Origin: a virus
Lineage: Duplodnaviria; Caudoviricetes
Reading direction: 5' to 3' (one strand)
Length of the DNA stretch: 63,019 nt
Virus record (IMG/VR): IMGVR_UViG_3300039668_000014
Location: 1 to 63,019 of that record
Shown: in pieces, positions 1 through 9,920 of the stretch
Numbering within the stretch: position 1 is the first letter of the stretch
How the letters are laid out: each line of letters starts with the position of its first letter
The notes under the pieces: generated by a model
Seen by the model: only the letters and a program-made list of their open reading frames with translations
What the model was told of the DNA's origin: nothing
The model's database searches: none
Position numbers and translations under genes: made by a program

Positions 1-83
1 GCTACGGCTACGGCTACGGCGACGGCTCCGGCGACGGCTCCGGCTACGGCGACGGCTCCGGCGACGGCTACGGCTACGGCTCC
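1..83 (+). repeat. GGCTAC/GGCGAC/GGCTCC hexamer coding repeat
   Basis: Tandem hexamers visible directly. Confidence 0.95.
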
Positions 84-434
84 AAAGAGTATTGGCTGGC
101 CACCATCGACAGCTTTGCGTCGAAATGGCCAGAGCATTTTCGCAAGAGACTAACAGAGCTACGCTCGCTAGGGGCAACCATTGCTTTCTGGCGATCCGGT
201 AATGACGGTCAGCCATCAAACGGCGGCAAGAAGATCGAGGCCGCCGCAGCGGGCGTTATTCACACAACGAAAGGGCCGCTCAATCTCTGCAATGCGGGAA
301 CGCTGCACGCCACGTTGGTACCGCCAAAATGGGAAGGCGCGCGGTGGTGGATCGTGGCGCTCACCGGGACAGTGATCGGCGATGAAGAAAAGTATGGCGC
401 GCTCAGTCGGGAAATTCTCGGTGAGTGTTTGTAA
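1..434 (+). CDS. C-terminal part of Gly-Tyr/Gly-Asp/Gly-Ser repeat protein (continues from 62872 across the join)
   Basis: Frame 3 reads YGYGYGDGSGDGSG...SKEYWLATIDSFASKWPEHF...EILGECL*, stop at 432-434; the same repeat is at the window end. Confidence 0.75.
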   Translation, partial: YGYGYGDGSGDGSGYGDGSGDGYGYGSKEYWLATIDSFASKWPEHFRKRLTELRSLGATIAFWRSGNDGQPSNGGKKIEAAAAGVIHTTKGPLNLCNAGTLHATLVPPKWEGARWWIVALTGTVIGDEEKYGALSREILGECL

Positions 435-445
435 GGGGAAATTAA

Positions 446-1573
446 ATGAGGATACTAATCGTCACCAAAGTAAAGGATGGCGGCGGCACCGAACTGCATA
501 TAACAAAGATAGCCGAGAAGTTGCGCGGTCGGGTGGATGTCGATATTGCCTATCTGGAGGACGGGTTCTGGAAGCTCTACCGCACCATCCGCAAGGGCCG
601 ATTCGATGTCGTGCATTTCTTCCTGCCGCGCCCGTACCTGCTTGGCTCGATTGCCTGCGAGTTCGCCCGTCACCGCAATCGCATCATGAGCCGACGGTCA
701 TTGACCGGATGTTACCAGACGCGGGTGATTAGGTTCATCGAACGGCTGCTACATCAGCGCACCCACATTCTGGTAGGCAATTCGCCTGCGGTGGTCGAAC
801 AATTACGAGCGGAAGCGCCCGAGGCCGATATTCGGCTGATCAGAAATGGGGTAGCCGCCCCAACCCCGCAGCCTTCTCCGGCCACCGATGAACTAGAAGA
901 GATCGAGCGCAAGGCCTGGAAGGCCCCGCCTAGCAACCTCGACGAATACGCTAAACCCGCCGAACAGAATGCCTTTCAAAAAGTCGATGGCTTGTTCCAA
1001 ATAATTTGCATTGCCAACGCCTTTGCCTACAAGGGGCTCGATGACTTGCTTGCCGCAATCCGCCTAGTCGGTCCCCAACTGCCAGAACCATGGAATCTGT
1101 GGTTGGTCGGCCGCGGAACCGAGAAATACAACTCATGGCGGGTGACAGGACTTGGCTACCGCACTGACGTCGCTACTTTGCTGGCATCCAGCGATCTGTT
1201 CATTCTGCCTAGCCATGAAGAAGGCAGTTCAAATGCTTTGCTCGAGGCGATGGCTGCGGGAGTGCCTGTAATTGCAACCGATGTGGGTGGTAATAAGGAT
1301 GCCGTAATCCCTGGCCTCACCGGAATGCTGGTGCCCATACGCTCGCCAGTCGCATTGGGGGCGGCTATCGTGGCCATGGCGAGCAATCCTAACATGCGGG
1401 CGAAAATGGCGAACGCCGCCAAGGCGGATATCGCTAGGCGCTTCTCGTGGGAAAGGTGCGTGGATGACTACGAAACTCTCTATCATTCTGCCCTTGAAGG
1501 GGCGCGAGCAGTTCACTCAAAGGTTTCTCCTTCACGCTCCGAGTTCCGTTCGGCTCATTATCGCCGATGGTAG
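446..1573 (+). CDS. GT4-family (GT-B) glycosyltransferase
   Basis: N-terminal GGTE; YKGLDDLL; DLFILPSHEEGSSNALLEAMAAGVPVIATDVGG (EX7E motif). Confidence 0.92.
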   Translation: MRILIVTKVKDGGGTELHITKIAEKLRGRVDVDIAYLEDGFWKLYRTIRKGRFDVVHFFLPRPYLLGSIACEFARHRNRIMSRRSLTGCYQTRVIRFIERLLHQRTHILVGNSPAVVEQLRAEAPEADIRLIRNGVAAPTPQPSPATDELEEIERKAWKAPPSNLDEYAKPAEQNAFQKVDGLFQIICIANAFAYKGLDDLLAAIRLVGPQLPEPWNLWLVGRGTEKYNSWRVTGLGYRTDVATLLASSDLFILPSHEEGSSNALLEAMAAGVPVIATDVGGNKDAVIPGLTGMLVPIRSPVALGAAIVAMASNPNMRAKMANAAKADIARRFSWERCVDDYETLYHSALEGARAVHSKVSPSRSEFRSAHYRRW

Positions 1574-2387
1574 CGAGAAGCCACAGTCGTTCGAGTGGTT
1601 TGGAGAGGACAGCCCCGATTACTTCTATGCTGGTCTGGACGCTACCATAAGCCACTGGTGGTTCAAGATGATATTGGCTTTTGACCGTGTGGAGACGCCC
1701 TATGTCATGGTTGCGGACAACGACGACTTTGTCACTCGGCATATCAGCCGCAGCGTTGATTTTCTCGATGAGCACCAAGACTACATCGCACACAGCGGTC
1801 GATTGCAGGGTTTCTGGATGTGGCCCGACAAAGTCCTTGGACCGCATTACCGTACCTCAAGGCGCTATGCCCCGTTCGACGTGCCGGCCGACTACTGTGG
1901 CATCGACGCCAACCTCAGAGTGCTGGCCGGTTTTCAGAATTCGTGGTCCTATTATGCTGTTTATCGTACAGAGGCCCTTAGAAAGATTTGGACCGAAGTG
2001 CATGCCCTCAACCTCTCTAACCTTCAAGTGCATGAGAAATTCTGCGCAATGCGGGCGCTCAGTCTTGGAAAGATCAAGTGCGATCCAGCTTATACATCCT
2101 ATCTTCGTCAATACGGCACCACCACGGTAGCGGGACACAATACGGACTTTGCGCTGAATCTGTTCACCACGAATTTCAGCCAGGACGCCAATCTGGTTCT
2201 CGACCAGATGGAACTGCATGGTGTCGACCGTGCCGCCCTGCGGTCTCTATGGGCCAAGTGGTTTGACGGCTACCTATACCGCAATTACGGCCCATGGGCA
2301 CAGGCCCGCAAATGGGCCTCGAAGAGATGGCCAAAAGCAAAGGTGAGATATGAGCCGATTCTGCGTACTTGTGGCGTCATCCGATAG
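1464..2387 (+). CDS. GT-A fold glycosyltransferase (TIGR00180-like)
   Basis: LSIILP, IIADGS, TPYVMVADNDDF DxD-like motif. Confidence 0.75.
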   Translation: MTTKLSIILPLKGREQFTQRFLLHAPSSVRLIIADGSEKPQSFEWFGEDSPDYFYAGLDATISHWWFKMILAFDRVETPYVMVADNDDFVTRHISRSVDFLDEHQDYIAHSGRLQGFWMWPDKVLGPHYRTSRRYAPFDVPADYCGIDANLRVLAGFQNSWSYYAVYRTEALRKIWTEVHALNLSNLQVHEKFCAMRALSLGKIKCDPAYTSYLRQYGTTTVAGHNTDFALNLFTTNFSQDANLVLDQMELHGVDRAALRSLWAKWFDGYLYRNYGPWAQARKWASKRWPKAKVRYEPILRTCGVIR

Positions 2388-3165
2388 CCGCCGCGATATC
2401 TTCGATATCTGCTTTGCCAATGCAGACCGCATCTGGGCGGATTGCGATTGGCCGAAATATGTGGGGGTCAACAGCGTAACAGGGCGGCAGAATTTTCAGG
2501 AACTCGTTGCGCCCGTCGCGGACGGTTGGTGCGAGCAGGTTATACGGTACGTTAACCTGCTACCGCCTGATATCAGCTATATCCTACTGATGGTCGAGGA
2601 TTGCCTATTCCTGAAGCCCGTGGACGGCAAGAAGCTCGATCGAGTCGGTGGTGACGTTTCCAATGGTGGACTCGCCTATCTACGATTGGTGCCGGTTACG
2701 CGCAATTGGTTGGGTCGGCTAGTACGAAAAGCCCATTCTGTAAATTCTTCATATCAAGCACCATTCGAACTTATTTCACCGGGAGAGCCTTATTACAGTT
2801 CCACTGAAATGGCGATTTGGGAACGCAGCTATCTTCTGGAGCAGTTGCAAAAGCCTGGCGATGCTTGGTCGTTCGAGCATCATATTTCGCGCCGTGCTCA
2901 TTGGGCGGTTCGGGAACCGGTCTTTGACCAGCACCAGATTGTACACAAGGGCAAATGGCACCGCCGCGCCGCAGTCTTCTTGGCCGAGGCGTGGTTTGGT
3001 TATCCGAGTTATAAGAAGGCAATAGCCATTGAAAACAATGTATTGTCGGTTAGTAAGCGCCCCAAGCAGAGTTGGGGTTCCTTCCTGCGCGGAGAATGGC
3101 AGAACCTGAACTTTGCCCTGTTCGGTTTTGCTTCATTTAGGATCAAGCGATGGCTGTGGAGTTGA
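2350..3165 (+). CDS. putative GT-A glycosyltransferase
   Basis: VLVASSD, YILLMVEDCLF, AIWERSYL, AWSFE; lies within the GT cluster. Confidence 0.55.
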   Translation: MSRFCVLVASSDSRRDIFDICFANADRIWADCDWPKYVGVNSVTGRQNFQELVAPVADGWCEQVIRYVNLLPPDISYILLMVEDCLFLKPVDGKKLDRVGGDVSNGGLAYLRLVPVTRNWLGRLVRKAHSVNSSYQAPFELISPGEPYYSSTEMAIWERSYLLEQLQKPGDAWSFEHHISRRAHWAVREPVFDQHQIVHKGKWHRRAAVFLAEAWFGYPSYKKAIAIENNVLSVSKRPKQSWGSFLRGEWQNLNFALFGFASFRIKRWLWS

Positions 3166-3196
3166 TTCCTTTTAAGGACGATGAAAGAGATTAACG

Positions 3197-3379
3197 ATGG
3201 CGTCTTACACGAGGCAGCAGGTAACCAGCGCCGCACAAACCTTCTATGAAAGCCTTGGCCCGATGGATTATCTGGCACCGGATTCCTACCGCGACCTGTT
3301 CAAGGATGCAAAAACCAAAGCTCTGTTTGTCACATTGGCGGACAAGCTGGGGCACATCAAGGACACTTATTGCAAATGA
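3197..3379 (+). CDS. small hypothetical protein
   Basis: Fills the gap between operon genes; stop overlaps the next start. Confidence 0.5.
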   Translation: MASYTRQQVTSAAQTFYESLGPMDYLAPDSYRDLFKDAKTKALFVTLADKLGHIKDTYCK

Positions 3380-4230
3380 TCAGGGCTGATGTGCTCTATA
3401 TCGGCTATCCGCGTTCTGGCTCGACCTTCCTGCGGGCCTATTTTCGCGGTCACCCGCAGATAAACTCTGACGACCAGCAGATCGCCGAATTGCTCTACCA
3501 GCCAGCCTACAAGCCCGACCTGATCGATAAGCCGCCAGGCAAGGTCTACATCAGCTGCGACGAATCTATCGCCGAAAGCGTCTGCATTACCGGCCGGTCA
3601 GAAGTGTGGAGTCAATATCTGTACCGGCCGGGTTGCTTCAATCTTGTCCGTCATGACTTGATTATCGATCCCAAGGAGGCGGCGCGGCGGATGCGAGCGG
3701 TCCACCCAAATACCAAGATTCTGATTATCATCCGCGAGCAGGTCGACTGGTTCTCAAGCCTCTACAAAGCCACAATTACTTCAATGCCGCCCAACCAGCG
3801 TACTTTCCACGATTACTGGATAACCCCTCAAGGTATCGCCATGCGAGCGGCTGGTTACCATGATCGCGTGATCAAGGCTTGGATGGGGCTTTATGACGAT
3901 GTGCTGGTGCTGCGCCATGAACGGTTGATGGAACCGGCTACGGCATGGCAGTTGTGCCGATGGCTAGGGGTCAAGCATATCCCGTTCGGGCCGCGGCGCG
4001 TCAATGAAAGCCATGCCGGCGTGGCCAAGCTGCATCGTCGGTTGCCGTTTCTTTCCCGCATGCCGCATGGAGTCAAGTCCGCCCTGAAACCACTGGTCAG
4101 ATTCATCCCCGGCAAGCATTGGGTGGCGCTATCGGAAGATGACGCTAAGATGATCCGCGAGCAATACGAGGCATCGAATGAACGAACCAAGGCCCTTCTC
4201 GAAGACCTCACGACCGCCAATCTGGCTTAA
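3376..4230 (+). CDS. PAPS-dependent sulfotransferase
   Basis: 5'-PSB loop IGYPRSGSTFL; 3'-PB motif KILIIIREQVDWFSSLY. Confidence 0.85.
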   Translation: MIRADVLYIGYPRSGSTFLRAYFRGHPQINSDDQQIAELLYQPAYKPDLIDKPPGKVYISCDESIAESVCITGRSEVWSQYLYRPGCFNLVRHDLIIDPKEAARRMRAVHPNTKILIIIREQVDWFSSLYKATITSMPPNQRTFHDYWITPQGIAMRAAGYHDRVIKAWMGLYDDVLVLRHERLMEPATAWQLCRWLGVKHIPFGPRRVNESHAGVAKLHRRLPFLSRMPHGVKSALKPLVRFIPGKHWVALSEDDAKMIREQYEASNERTKALLEDLTTANLA

Positions 4231-4234
4231 AATT

Positions 4235-4450
4235 ATGGCAGGCGTATATCTTTGGCAGCTGGCGTCGAATGGCTATCTCGACGTTGATGGAAAATATTTT
4301 TCTGACCTTGAGCAATGTCGACAATACAGCCGCGAACGGATTATCCGTCTTCATCAAGAGCATGAGGATGTTAAATGGTATTGCCACCAAGTTGAAGAAC
4401 CAAAAACTAAACACCCTATTGAATTGCCTCCAGTTTATAAGAAGCCATGA
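4235..4450 (+). CDS. small hypothetical protein
   Basis: ORF coupled to both neighbours (ATGA overlap at 4447). Confidence 0.5.
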   Translation: MAGVYLWQLASNGYLDVDGKYFSDLEQCRQYSRERIIRLHQEHEDVKWYCHQVEEPKTKHPIELPPVYKKP

Positions 4451-5082
4451 AATTCACGGTCTTCACCCCGACATATAATCGCGCCAATACGCTGCGTCGG
4501 GTCTATGAAAGCCTGCTGGAACAGACATACCGAGACTTTGAGTGGTTGATTATCGACGACGGCTCTACCGACTGCACCTGCAACCTAGTTAGCCATTTCC
4601 AGAAATGCGTCGGTGGGGCGTTTCCTATCCGCTATCATGGGTTACGGCCGAATCGCGGCAAGCACATCGCCCACAATCGGGCACTGAAGGAGGCGCAAGG
4701 TGAGTTCTTTCTGGTGGCTGATAGTGATGATTGGATTGTACCTAACGCTCTTGAACGCATGGACCATCATTGGTCACGCCTACCAGTCAAGACAGATTAC
4801 TGCGGAGTTGCTGGCTTATGCGCTGATCGAAATGGTAATGTTATTGGGACTCGTTATACCGCTGATATGGCCCATTCCACGCTGAGTGACCGCATATATA
4901 TCCACAAAATGAAGGGCGAGCATTGGGGCTTCTGCCGCACCGATATCGCACGGCAATACCCGTTCCCCGAGCATATCAATGGCTTCGTCCCCGAAGCGGT
5001 GGTCTGGCTTGATATCGCCAAGAAGTACAAGGATTACTGCGTCAATGAGGTGTTTAGGATTTACGATAATGCGCAAAGTTAA
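4447..5082 (+). CDS. GT2-family glycosyltransferase
   Basis: FTPTYNRA, IIDDGSTD, NRGKHIAHN, ADSDD. Confidence 0.93.
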   Translation: MKFTVFTPTYNRANTLRRVYESLLEQTYRDFEWLIIDDGSTDCTCNLVSHFQKCVGGAFPIRYHGLRPNRGKHIAHNRALKEAQGEFFLVADSDDWIVPNALERMDHHWSRLPVKTDYCGVAGLCADRNGNVIGTRYTADMAHSTLSDRIYIHKMKGEHWGFCRTDIARQYPFPEHINGFVPEAVVWLDIAKKYKDYCVNEVFRIYDNAQS

Positions 5083-5251
5083 ATTTAAATTTGTTCTGCG
5101 ACCGCGCGAAGAGGTAGTCAACGAATTGCTTGAGCTGGCCGACAAGTACGAGAAAGAGGGTTGTCCGCAGACTGCGGCGTTAGCCCGACAATGCGCGGAA
5201 ATTCGCCGAACGCAGAAGGCGTATCAAGGAGGAAATAGCAATGGCTACTAA
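5069..5251 (+). CDS. small hypothetical protein
   Basis: ORF overlapping the GT2 stop. Confidence 0.45.
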   Translation: MRKVKFKFVLRPREEVVNELLELADKYEKEGCPQTAALARQCAEIRRTQKAYQGGNSNGY

Positions 5252-5679
5252 TTGGCAGCCTTGGTTTGCTTGGTATCCGGTTCGTCTGCTCACAATGGAA
5301 TGGGCGTGGTTGCGGACGGTACGGCGCCGGCCGACGATAGCCGGCGATTGGAGTTATGGCGATTACGATTACGCCAATCCATGATGAGGCGCATTGTCCT
5401 TGATCTGTATACGTTTTGTGGACACGATGTGCATGATTTTTTAATGAAAAAGCATGCAAAATTAAGATGTTTCGAGTAGTCTGTCAATACGGTGCCCTGG
5501 CGCTGATCATGTTGTGGGGTCTGGCTGCCGGGGGCATTGTGATCGATGGAATATGGATGGGCGATCTGTGGGAGATAGCAACCGGAGTTATATTGCTATT
5601 GTGGTGGGTTCGCTTACTTTGGCTTTGACGGGCTATCTCAGTGGCAATACACCATTCGCTAAGGAGAGGTTAGTGCGGC

Positions 5680-6384
5680 ATGTCCGCCTACTACAACGAA
5701 AATGACCCGTATGCCGCCCAATGGCTCCGCAACCTCATCGCCGCCGGCTTCCTCCAAGACGGGGACGTTGACGAGCGCAGCATCGCCGATGTGCCGTGGC
5801 GCGATCTCAGGGGCTACAGCCAATGCCACTTCTTCGCCGGTATCGGAGGCTGGCCGCTTGCCCTCCAACTCGCCGGCTGGCCTGACGGCAGACCTGTTTG
5901 GACGGGTTCTTGCCCATGTCAGCCCTTCTCCCCCGCTGCTCGAGGTCGGCAAGATCGGCGGCAAGACACTGAAAGGAATCTTTGGCCTTATTGGAGACAG
6001 ATCATCTTTGAACTCGCGCCTAGCACGATCTTTGGTGAGCAGATTGCCCAGGCCGGAGATTGGTTCGATGAGGTCTGCACTGACATGGAAACGATGGGTT
6101 ACGCCATCGGGGCGTCGGTTCTTACGTCTTGCGGTGTCGGTAAGGACCATACGCGGCCTAGGCTTTACTTTGTGGGCCACTCCGACCGCGACCGCCAATC
6201 AAGACGCGCCATCCATGATGAAGCATCCCGGTTGCCGGGGGATCGAAGTGTCACCGGAGAAATGGTGCTCAAGAATGGGTTATCCGCTCGCGTGGCTCAA
6301 CTTAGCGCCCTCGGTAACGCCATTGATCCACAGCTCGCCGCCCAATTCATTCGATCAGCAACCGACGCAGTGAGGGGAGATTAA
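5680..6384 (+). CDS. C5 cytosine DNA methyltransferase, large (alpha-like) chain
   Basis: FFAGIGG (motif I), GSCPCQPFS (IV), EQI (VI-like), HTRPRLY (VIII), LGNAI (X); motif IX not seen in this frame. Confidence 0.88.
   Translation: MSAYYNENDPYAAQWLRNLIAAGFLQDGDVDERSIADVPWRDLRGYSQCHFFAGIGGWPLALQLAGWPDGRPVWTGSCPCQPFSPAARGRQDRRQDTERNLWPYWRQIIFELAPSTIFGEQIAQAGDWFDEVCTDMETMGYAIGASVLTSCGVGKDHTRPRLYFVGHSDRDRQSRRAIHDEASRLPGDRSVTGEMVLKNGLSARVAQLSALGNAIDPQLAAQFIRSATDAVRGD
6068..6373 (+). CDS. putative overprinted small (beta-like) methyltransferase chain; start uncertain (frame open from 5702)
   Basis: +1 frame: LTWKRWVTPSGR...WATPTA...SPEKWCSRMGYPLAW, which resembles motif IX. Confidence 0.6.
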   Translation: MRSALTWKRWVTPSGRRFLRLAVSVRTIRGLGFTLWATPTATANQDAPSMMKHPGCRGIEVSPEKWCSRMGYPLAWLNLAPSVTPLIHSSPPNSFDQQPTQ

Positions 6385-6564
6385 CGATGGCGCAACCCGC
6401 ATCGCGCTCTTACCAATGAGCAAAAGCCATGATATGGTGGATTGGTAGTAACTCGCTTGCCGTAGTGATTATAGCAACGGTCATTTGGTTTGCCATCTGC
6501 TTCGTCGCATGGTGGTTAGGGTCACATCCTACCGTCTAGAAGTGGTCTGCATAAGGAGTTAACA

Positions 6565-6933
6565 ATGTTTGTTGAAGAAAAGCCGCTAGTATTACCCCGT
6601 GCTCACCCGATTCAACCACGCACTGCGGAGGATGTGCTGCTTGCGGCGGCGCGGCTCATCGAGGAACGCGGTTGGAGTGCGACGGGTCATAAATATCACA
6701 ATCACGGCCCGGTGTGTCCAATCGAGGCGATCGGTGAGGTGACGAGAGAGCAGCCAATACGAGACGAGGCGTTTCGGCTACTAGGTGATCACATAGGAAG
6801 AGAAGCATACCCCCGTACTAGAGATTATATTTACCAGCGAATAGGGATTGTCCGCTGGAACGAGCGCAGCACGGAGGACGAGGTCATCGCCACAATGCGT
6901 GCGGTCGCGAAGTCCAGCGCGCATTACTCATAG
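6565..6933 (+). CDS. DUF6197-like phage protein
   Basis: AARLIEERGW...CPIEAI...WNE...EVIATMR pattern; AAGGAG RBS. Confidence 0.6.
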   Translation: MFVEEKPLVLPRAHPIQPRTAEDVLLAAARLIEERGWSATGHKYHNHGPVCPIEAIGEVTREQPIRDEAFRLLGDHIGREAYPRTRDYIYQRIGIVRWNERSTEDEVIATMRAVAKSSAHYS

Positions 6934-7217
6934 AAGATACGAAGTCCTAGCGCTCGTGCCAAAGCCCATTCGGCTTGAGCGCCGCTAGAATGTTCCCAGC
7001 CTTTGAGCATGTAAATTGCCGTCGCCTCACGGCAAATATAGCCGCACTCTATTCCTAGCATTTCCCGCAAACTCATGCCGGCAACGTCAAGGTCGGTCGG
7101 CGAATAGACCGTCCAGCCGTCGCGCCGCAATTCGGCGGCGGCACTCCCGAACGCTGCCTTGTAATTTGGGTTGCCGTTAATCGGCCCGGACACATAGATA
7201 TTACCCTTTATTGCCAT
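6924..7217 (-). CDS. DUF4406 / nucleoside deoxyribosyltransferase-like protein
   Basis: IYVSGPI...AIYMLKGWEHSSGAQAEWALARALG. Confidence 0.8.
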   Translation of the reverse strand: MAIKGNIYVSGPINGNPNYKAAFGSAAAELRRDGWTVYSPTDLDVAGMSLREMLGIECGYICREATAIYMLKGWEHSSGAQAEWALARALGLRIFYE

Positions 7218-7327
7218 CCTCGTACCCACAGCACAGCGCTTGCCAATCCCCCTGGTCGTCGTCGTCTTCTTCGTCATCGAATGGATCATCCGCCAGGAAC
7301 GGATAATAGGATCGGCGTAGCCGCTTT

Positions 7328-8392
7328 TTAAGCGAGGTTGACCGCTCTGGGTACTTGCGTAATCGGTCCATGGCCGGGGCTCCATCGGTTGTTACCACGA
7401 CCTTCACGAACATAATACCCACGATTATAATATTTAATCATATCCGGCTTCATGCTGATGATTGCCCCAGTTTCCGGGTCTTGCTGTAGCTGTAGTAGCA
7501 CGCCACCGAGATGGGCTTCGATATGGCGAGTGCGCAGAAACGGCGTCTGATCCTGGCTGCACCCCGTTTGAACGTACCAGCAATTTCGGACATTGCCACA
7601 CTCTAATTTGTGATAGTGGCCGAACAGGGCTACCGCAGGTTTTTCGCCTCCTTCGTAGCTTTCGACAAACTTTTGTGGCTTATAACTCAAGGCATAAGCG
7701 CTGCCACCGCCTGGATGGGCTACCCGCAGAATGGCCGAAACGCCAGTATTGGCGTTGGTCAGCAGGATATCGGCCTCGACATAGCCCAGGCAAGTCCATT
7801 GATGACCAGCCTTGCGCATAACCGCCTCGCAATGGCGGCCAACATTGATGCCCTCACGCTTGATATACCAACCTTCGTGATCCGCCCCGGTTACGGCATA
7901 GGTGGGAACTTTGGTCTTGGGATACTGCTCAGCCAGCAGGTCAAGTTGATTATCCATACCGACCACTTCTAGGTCATAGCGGTTGAATGGCGCTTCGGCG
8001 TCGATCCAATTGCCGGTGTCCAGAATGGCAAACGCGCCGAATTCCTCAGCGCGTCTTGTCAAATCGGTTCTGACGTCCCAGCGGCAGTATTTCGATGCGG
8101 CATGCAGGTCGCCAAACGCGCCAAACCTGTATATATTATTCTTGTCCGATTTGATTTCCCAGATTTGGTCGCCATGACTGCCGATTTGCGGGAGGTGGTC
8201 TACGGCGAATGGGGATTCCTTGTTGGGATGTTCCGGGTCTATGTTGTTGGCGTTGGCCGCCATCATGCGGCGGCGCAGTTGACGGTCGCTTATTCCCAGA
8301 TGCGCCGCCGCTTCCTTCTTGCTGCTGAATCGCCCAACCGCACTAGCGGCAGCGCCCATTTCGGACGCGCCTAGCGGTTTACCACTTGGCAT
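7328..8392 (-). CDS. calcineurin-like metallophosphoesterase with N-terminal HTH
   Basis: GDLH, DTGNWID, GADHEG, FGHYH; AAAHLGISDRQLRR HTH. Confidence 0.75.
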   Translation of the reverse strand: MPSGKPLGASEMGAAASAVGRFSSKKEAAAHLGISDRQLRRRMMAANANNIDPEHPNKESPFAVDHLPQIGSHGDQIWEIKSDKNNIYRFGAFGDLHAASKYCRWDVRTDLTRRAEEFGAFAILDTGNWIDAEAPFNRYDLEVVGMDNQLDLLAEQYPKTKVPTYAVTGADHEGWYIKREGINVGRHCEAVMRKAGHQWTCLGYVEADILLTNANTGVSAILRVAHPGGGSAYALSYKPQKFVESYEGGEKPAVALFGHYHKLECGNVRNCWYVQTGCSQDQTPFLRTRHIEAHLGGVLLQLQQDPETGAIISMKPDMIKYYNRGYYVREGRGNNRWSPGHGPITQVPRAVNLA

Positions 8393-8444
8393 TTGTCCTG
8401 GCCTTTATGTGACAGCTAACGGCTTTTTATTGTTTGTGCTGCAG

Positions 8445-8906
8445 TTACTTTCCTCTTGTTATCAGATAAATAGCAAGGGCTGCAAGTGCGCTAGAACCGG
8501 CGACTATGTAACCCCATGCCTCCTTCAGGCCGCCGCCATGGGCTTGCATGGCCAGAATGGTCGCCTGGAACTCATGTAATCGTTTCTCAAAGAAGTTTAC
8601 CTTTTCCTCTAGGGCCGAATGCTGGGCGTTATATTCGGCCCTAGGCAGCAGCGTGCTGGCTTGGTCGGCCAGCGTAGCGCGGAACTCGTTAACCCCTTCA
8701 AATCGCCGTTCGGTGGCGCTCTCCGCCTTGGTAATGGCCTTCTCGGAGGTCTCCAGGGCTGAACGAACGGCCTCATCCTGCGATGCCGAGCGCTGGGCAT
8801 AGCGCATATCGCGCTCGACCATCAGTTCCTTGAAGGCCGTAAAGGCGGCTTCAAGTTTGACTATTCGGGCAGTCAACTGGCCATTGCTATAGGTCCTTTC
8901 ACTCAT
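8445..8906 (-). CDS. coiled-coil protein with C-terminal TM helix (lysis cassette)
   Basis: Helical body plus AWGYIVAGSSALAALAIYLI. Confidence 0.6.
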   Translation of the reverse strand: MSERTYSNGQLTARIVKLEAAFTAFKELMVERDMRYAQRSASQDEAVRSALETSEKAITKAESATERRFEGVNEFRATLADQASTLLPRAEYNAQHSALEEKVNFFEKRLHEFQATILAMQAHGGGLKEAWGYIVAGSSALAALAIYLITRGK

Positions 8907-9133
8907 CTGGCCTCAACGGTGATGGTATATCGCGACCGGCCAACCGGCTGAATGCTGACGAAAGTCACATGAACAATCTGGCCGTTGACGTTAATGTCGG
9001 TGCTGCTGCCGGGATAGAGGTTCATCGCCCGCTTGACCTGCTCGAGGCTAGGCGCAGCAAAGGCGCTATGCAGCATGGCTGCCACATAAAGAATGACTAT
9101 CAGAGCTAGGGTCCAGGCGATAAACCGCTGCAT
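8903..9133 (-). CDS. small membrane/secreted protein
   Basis: N-terminal hydrophobic segment. Confidence 0.5.
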   Translation of the reverse strand: MQRFIAWTLALIVILYVAAMLHSAFAAPSLEQVKRAMNLYPGSSTDINVNGQIVHVTFVSIQPVGRSRYTITVEAR

Positions 9134-9134
9134 C

Positions 9135-9920
9135 CTACTCCCCGGTCAATTGGTGGTAATCGTCTTGCAACTTGGCCCAGTCGAACCCTTGCGGCGATAT
9201 CCCGCTGGTCTTGAGCCGTTCATGGCTGATGATAACGGCGCCCTGGTCCATGTATGCCTGAATCCAGTCGGGGGTGACTGCCTGGAGCCGCCCCCACGTC
9301 ACGATCAGGTAATTGCCAAGGGAATTGCGCCCGACGCACGGAACATAATGGCCGCCCATGAGGCTGGCACCGGACATGACCGACCAGACTTCCATGCTGT
9401 TGAACTGCTGTTCGGCACTGTCGGGTAACTTGATCCCCACGCCCGCGACACCAAAGAGGAAAACCGCCAAATCGAGCGCATGCAAATCGCCTGGCTTCAA
9501 TTCCGTATAGAAATCAATCTTATGGCGTTGACCGAGCGTATCGGAAATCCCAGTCTTCTGCCGGTAATGCATGCCGTCGAGCAGGTCAGTGCCGATATCG
9601 TCAGTTGTTCCCGTGGCCTCATGATAATCATGGAAGGCCGTTCGGGTGGTGAACATGGGGATATTGCTGTCGGCATCTGCGCGCAGCATCATGCTTTCAT
9701 GGCAGGCGCCGGCCCAGAAGCAGTCGCCTTCCTGGTCGTTCCCGAGCATGCCCCATTGCCGCACTAGCCATGGACGGCCAAAGGCAGTGGGGACAGTCGG
9801 CACGTCGGTAGCCTTCAGGTAGCTACCGAACTGCATTTTGATGGAACCGGGGCGTGGTGCATTTAGCCCCAGTTTGAACATCGCGGGGCGTGGTGCATCG
9901 AGCCCCGTTTTATTCATCAT
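9135..9920 (-). CDS. papain-like (C1-type) cysteine peptidase
   Basis: GNDQEGDCFWA (Cys), GGHYV (His), IVTWG. Confidence 0.7.
   Translation of the reverse strand: MMNKTGLDAPRPAMFKLGLNAPRPGSIKMQFGSYLKATDVPTVPTAFGRPWLVRQWGMLGNDQEGDCFWAGACHESMMLRADADSNIPMFTTRTAFHDYHEATGTTDDIGTDLLDGMHYRQKTGISDTLGQRHKIDFYTELKPGDLHALDLAVFLFGVAGVGIKLPDSAEQQFNSMEVWSVMSGASLMGGHYVPCVGRNSLGNYLIVTWGRLQAVTPDWIQAYMDQGAVIISHERLKTSGISPQGFDWAKLQDDYHQLTGE

Noticed and set aside
1-83. Terminal direct repeat, or a further GGY-NN array
   Set aside because: Period is 6 (GGC plus a codon) and in frame as Gly-X; the ends do not overlap exactly
446-5082. GT cluster as a DNA hypermodification system
   Set aside because: No hydroxymethylase, TET/JBP or nucleotide kinase recognised, and the membrane ligases and lipid-linked pathway point to surface or protein glycans; not fully excluded
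9849-9910. Short duplication GLDAPRP/GLNAPRP at the peptidase N-terminus
   Set aside because: Two-copy local duplication with no evident function
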